Positions 19,708 to 20,000 of a stretch of DNA of 20,000 nucleotides are shown piece after piece. The DNA comes from Seison nebaliae (Eukaryota). Where the stretch lies: contig JALJEE010000907.1 of NCBI GenBank assembly GCA_023231475.1, forward strand, positions 53,132-73,131, read 5' to 3'. Positions within the stretch are counted from its first letter, which is position 1. The number at the start of each line of letters is the position of its first letter. A program made the position numbers and the translations under genes. The notes under the pieces are model-generated. The model was given only the letters and a program-made list of their open reading frames with translations. It searched no databases and was not told where the DNA came from.

Positions 19708-19940
19708 TTTTTAAGATTTATAAGTTTTACAATGTATAATTTAAATTTTAATATTATAATAATATAAATAAATAATTTAATACTTCTGCACATGTGTTAC
19801 TATGGCACATTTTGTTGTACATTTGTTATGTGACATTTTAGATTTATAAGTTTTAATGCATAAATAGTTTAAATTATTATAATGTTATAACAATAAAATG
19901 TTATAATGTTATAAATACTTTTGTACATGTGTTATTATAT
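19697..19940. repeat. Imperfect ~129-bp tandem duplication spanning the transposase start codon and upstream region
   Basis: gacattt..agatttataagtttta...aatactt.tg.acatgtgtta.tat occurs from 19703 and again from 19832. Confidence 0.75.
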
Positions 19941-19945
19941 TTTAG

Positions 19946-20000
19946 GAACTTGAATGTTAATTTAACGAACTTGAATTTACATTTAACGAACTTGAATTTT
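19946..20000. repeat. 21-bp tandem repeat (GAACTTGAATttacATTTAAC), >=2.6 units, running off the window
   Basis: GAACTTGAAT starts at 19946, 19967 and 19988. Confidence 0.85.

Noticed and set aside
1..20000. Alternative genetic code, prokaryotic defence system or RNA genes
   Set aside because: All host genes read correctly in the standard code once spliced. No tRNA, rRNA or operon-type signatures were recognised.

Overview
This is a compact, very AT-rich animal genomic segment with many short (about 42-107 nt) GT-AG introns. The animal assignment rests on DENND5, NICE-3/C1orf43 and PHF12-like genes plus a BEL/Pao relic. It holds six protein-coding genes: (1) a PHF12/Rco1-like PHD-finger gene, minus strand, ATG 2119, running off the left edge and missed by the ORF track; (2) a 3-exon orphan with His/Met/Gly repeats and a CPPGCVPQ tandem array (3172-4792 +); (3) a 5-exon Golgi alpha-1,2-mannosidase, GH47/MAN1A-type (7015-5088 -); (4) a 6-exon, greatly enlarged NICE-3/C1orf43-like membrane protein (10836-8068 -); (5) a 2-exon, very basic orphan with RKPS repeats and a protamine-like tail (11017-12073 +); (6) a DENND5/RAB6IP1-like DENN-RUN-PLAT-RUN gene (12259-17585 +). 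The right end holds a BEL/Pao integrase fragment and a decayed IS630-Tc1 DDE transposase that appears to carry host-style introns, followed by tandem repeats. The most unusual signal is the splice-donor usage: 16 of 18 inferred host introns start GTT rather than GTR, mostly without +5G. Homology calls come from motif recognition by eye; no database search was run. I see no convincing multi-gene novel system.
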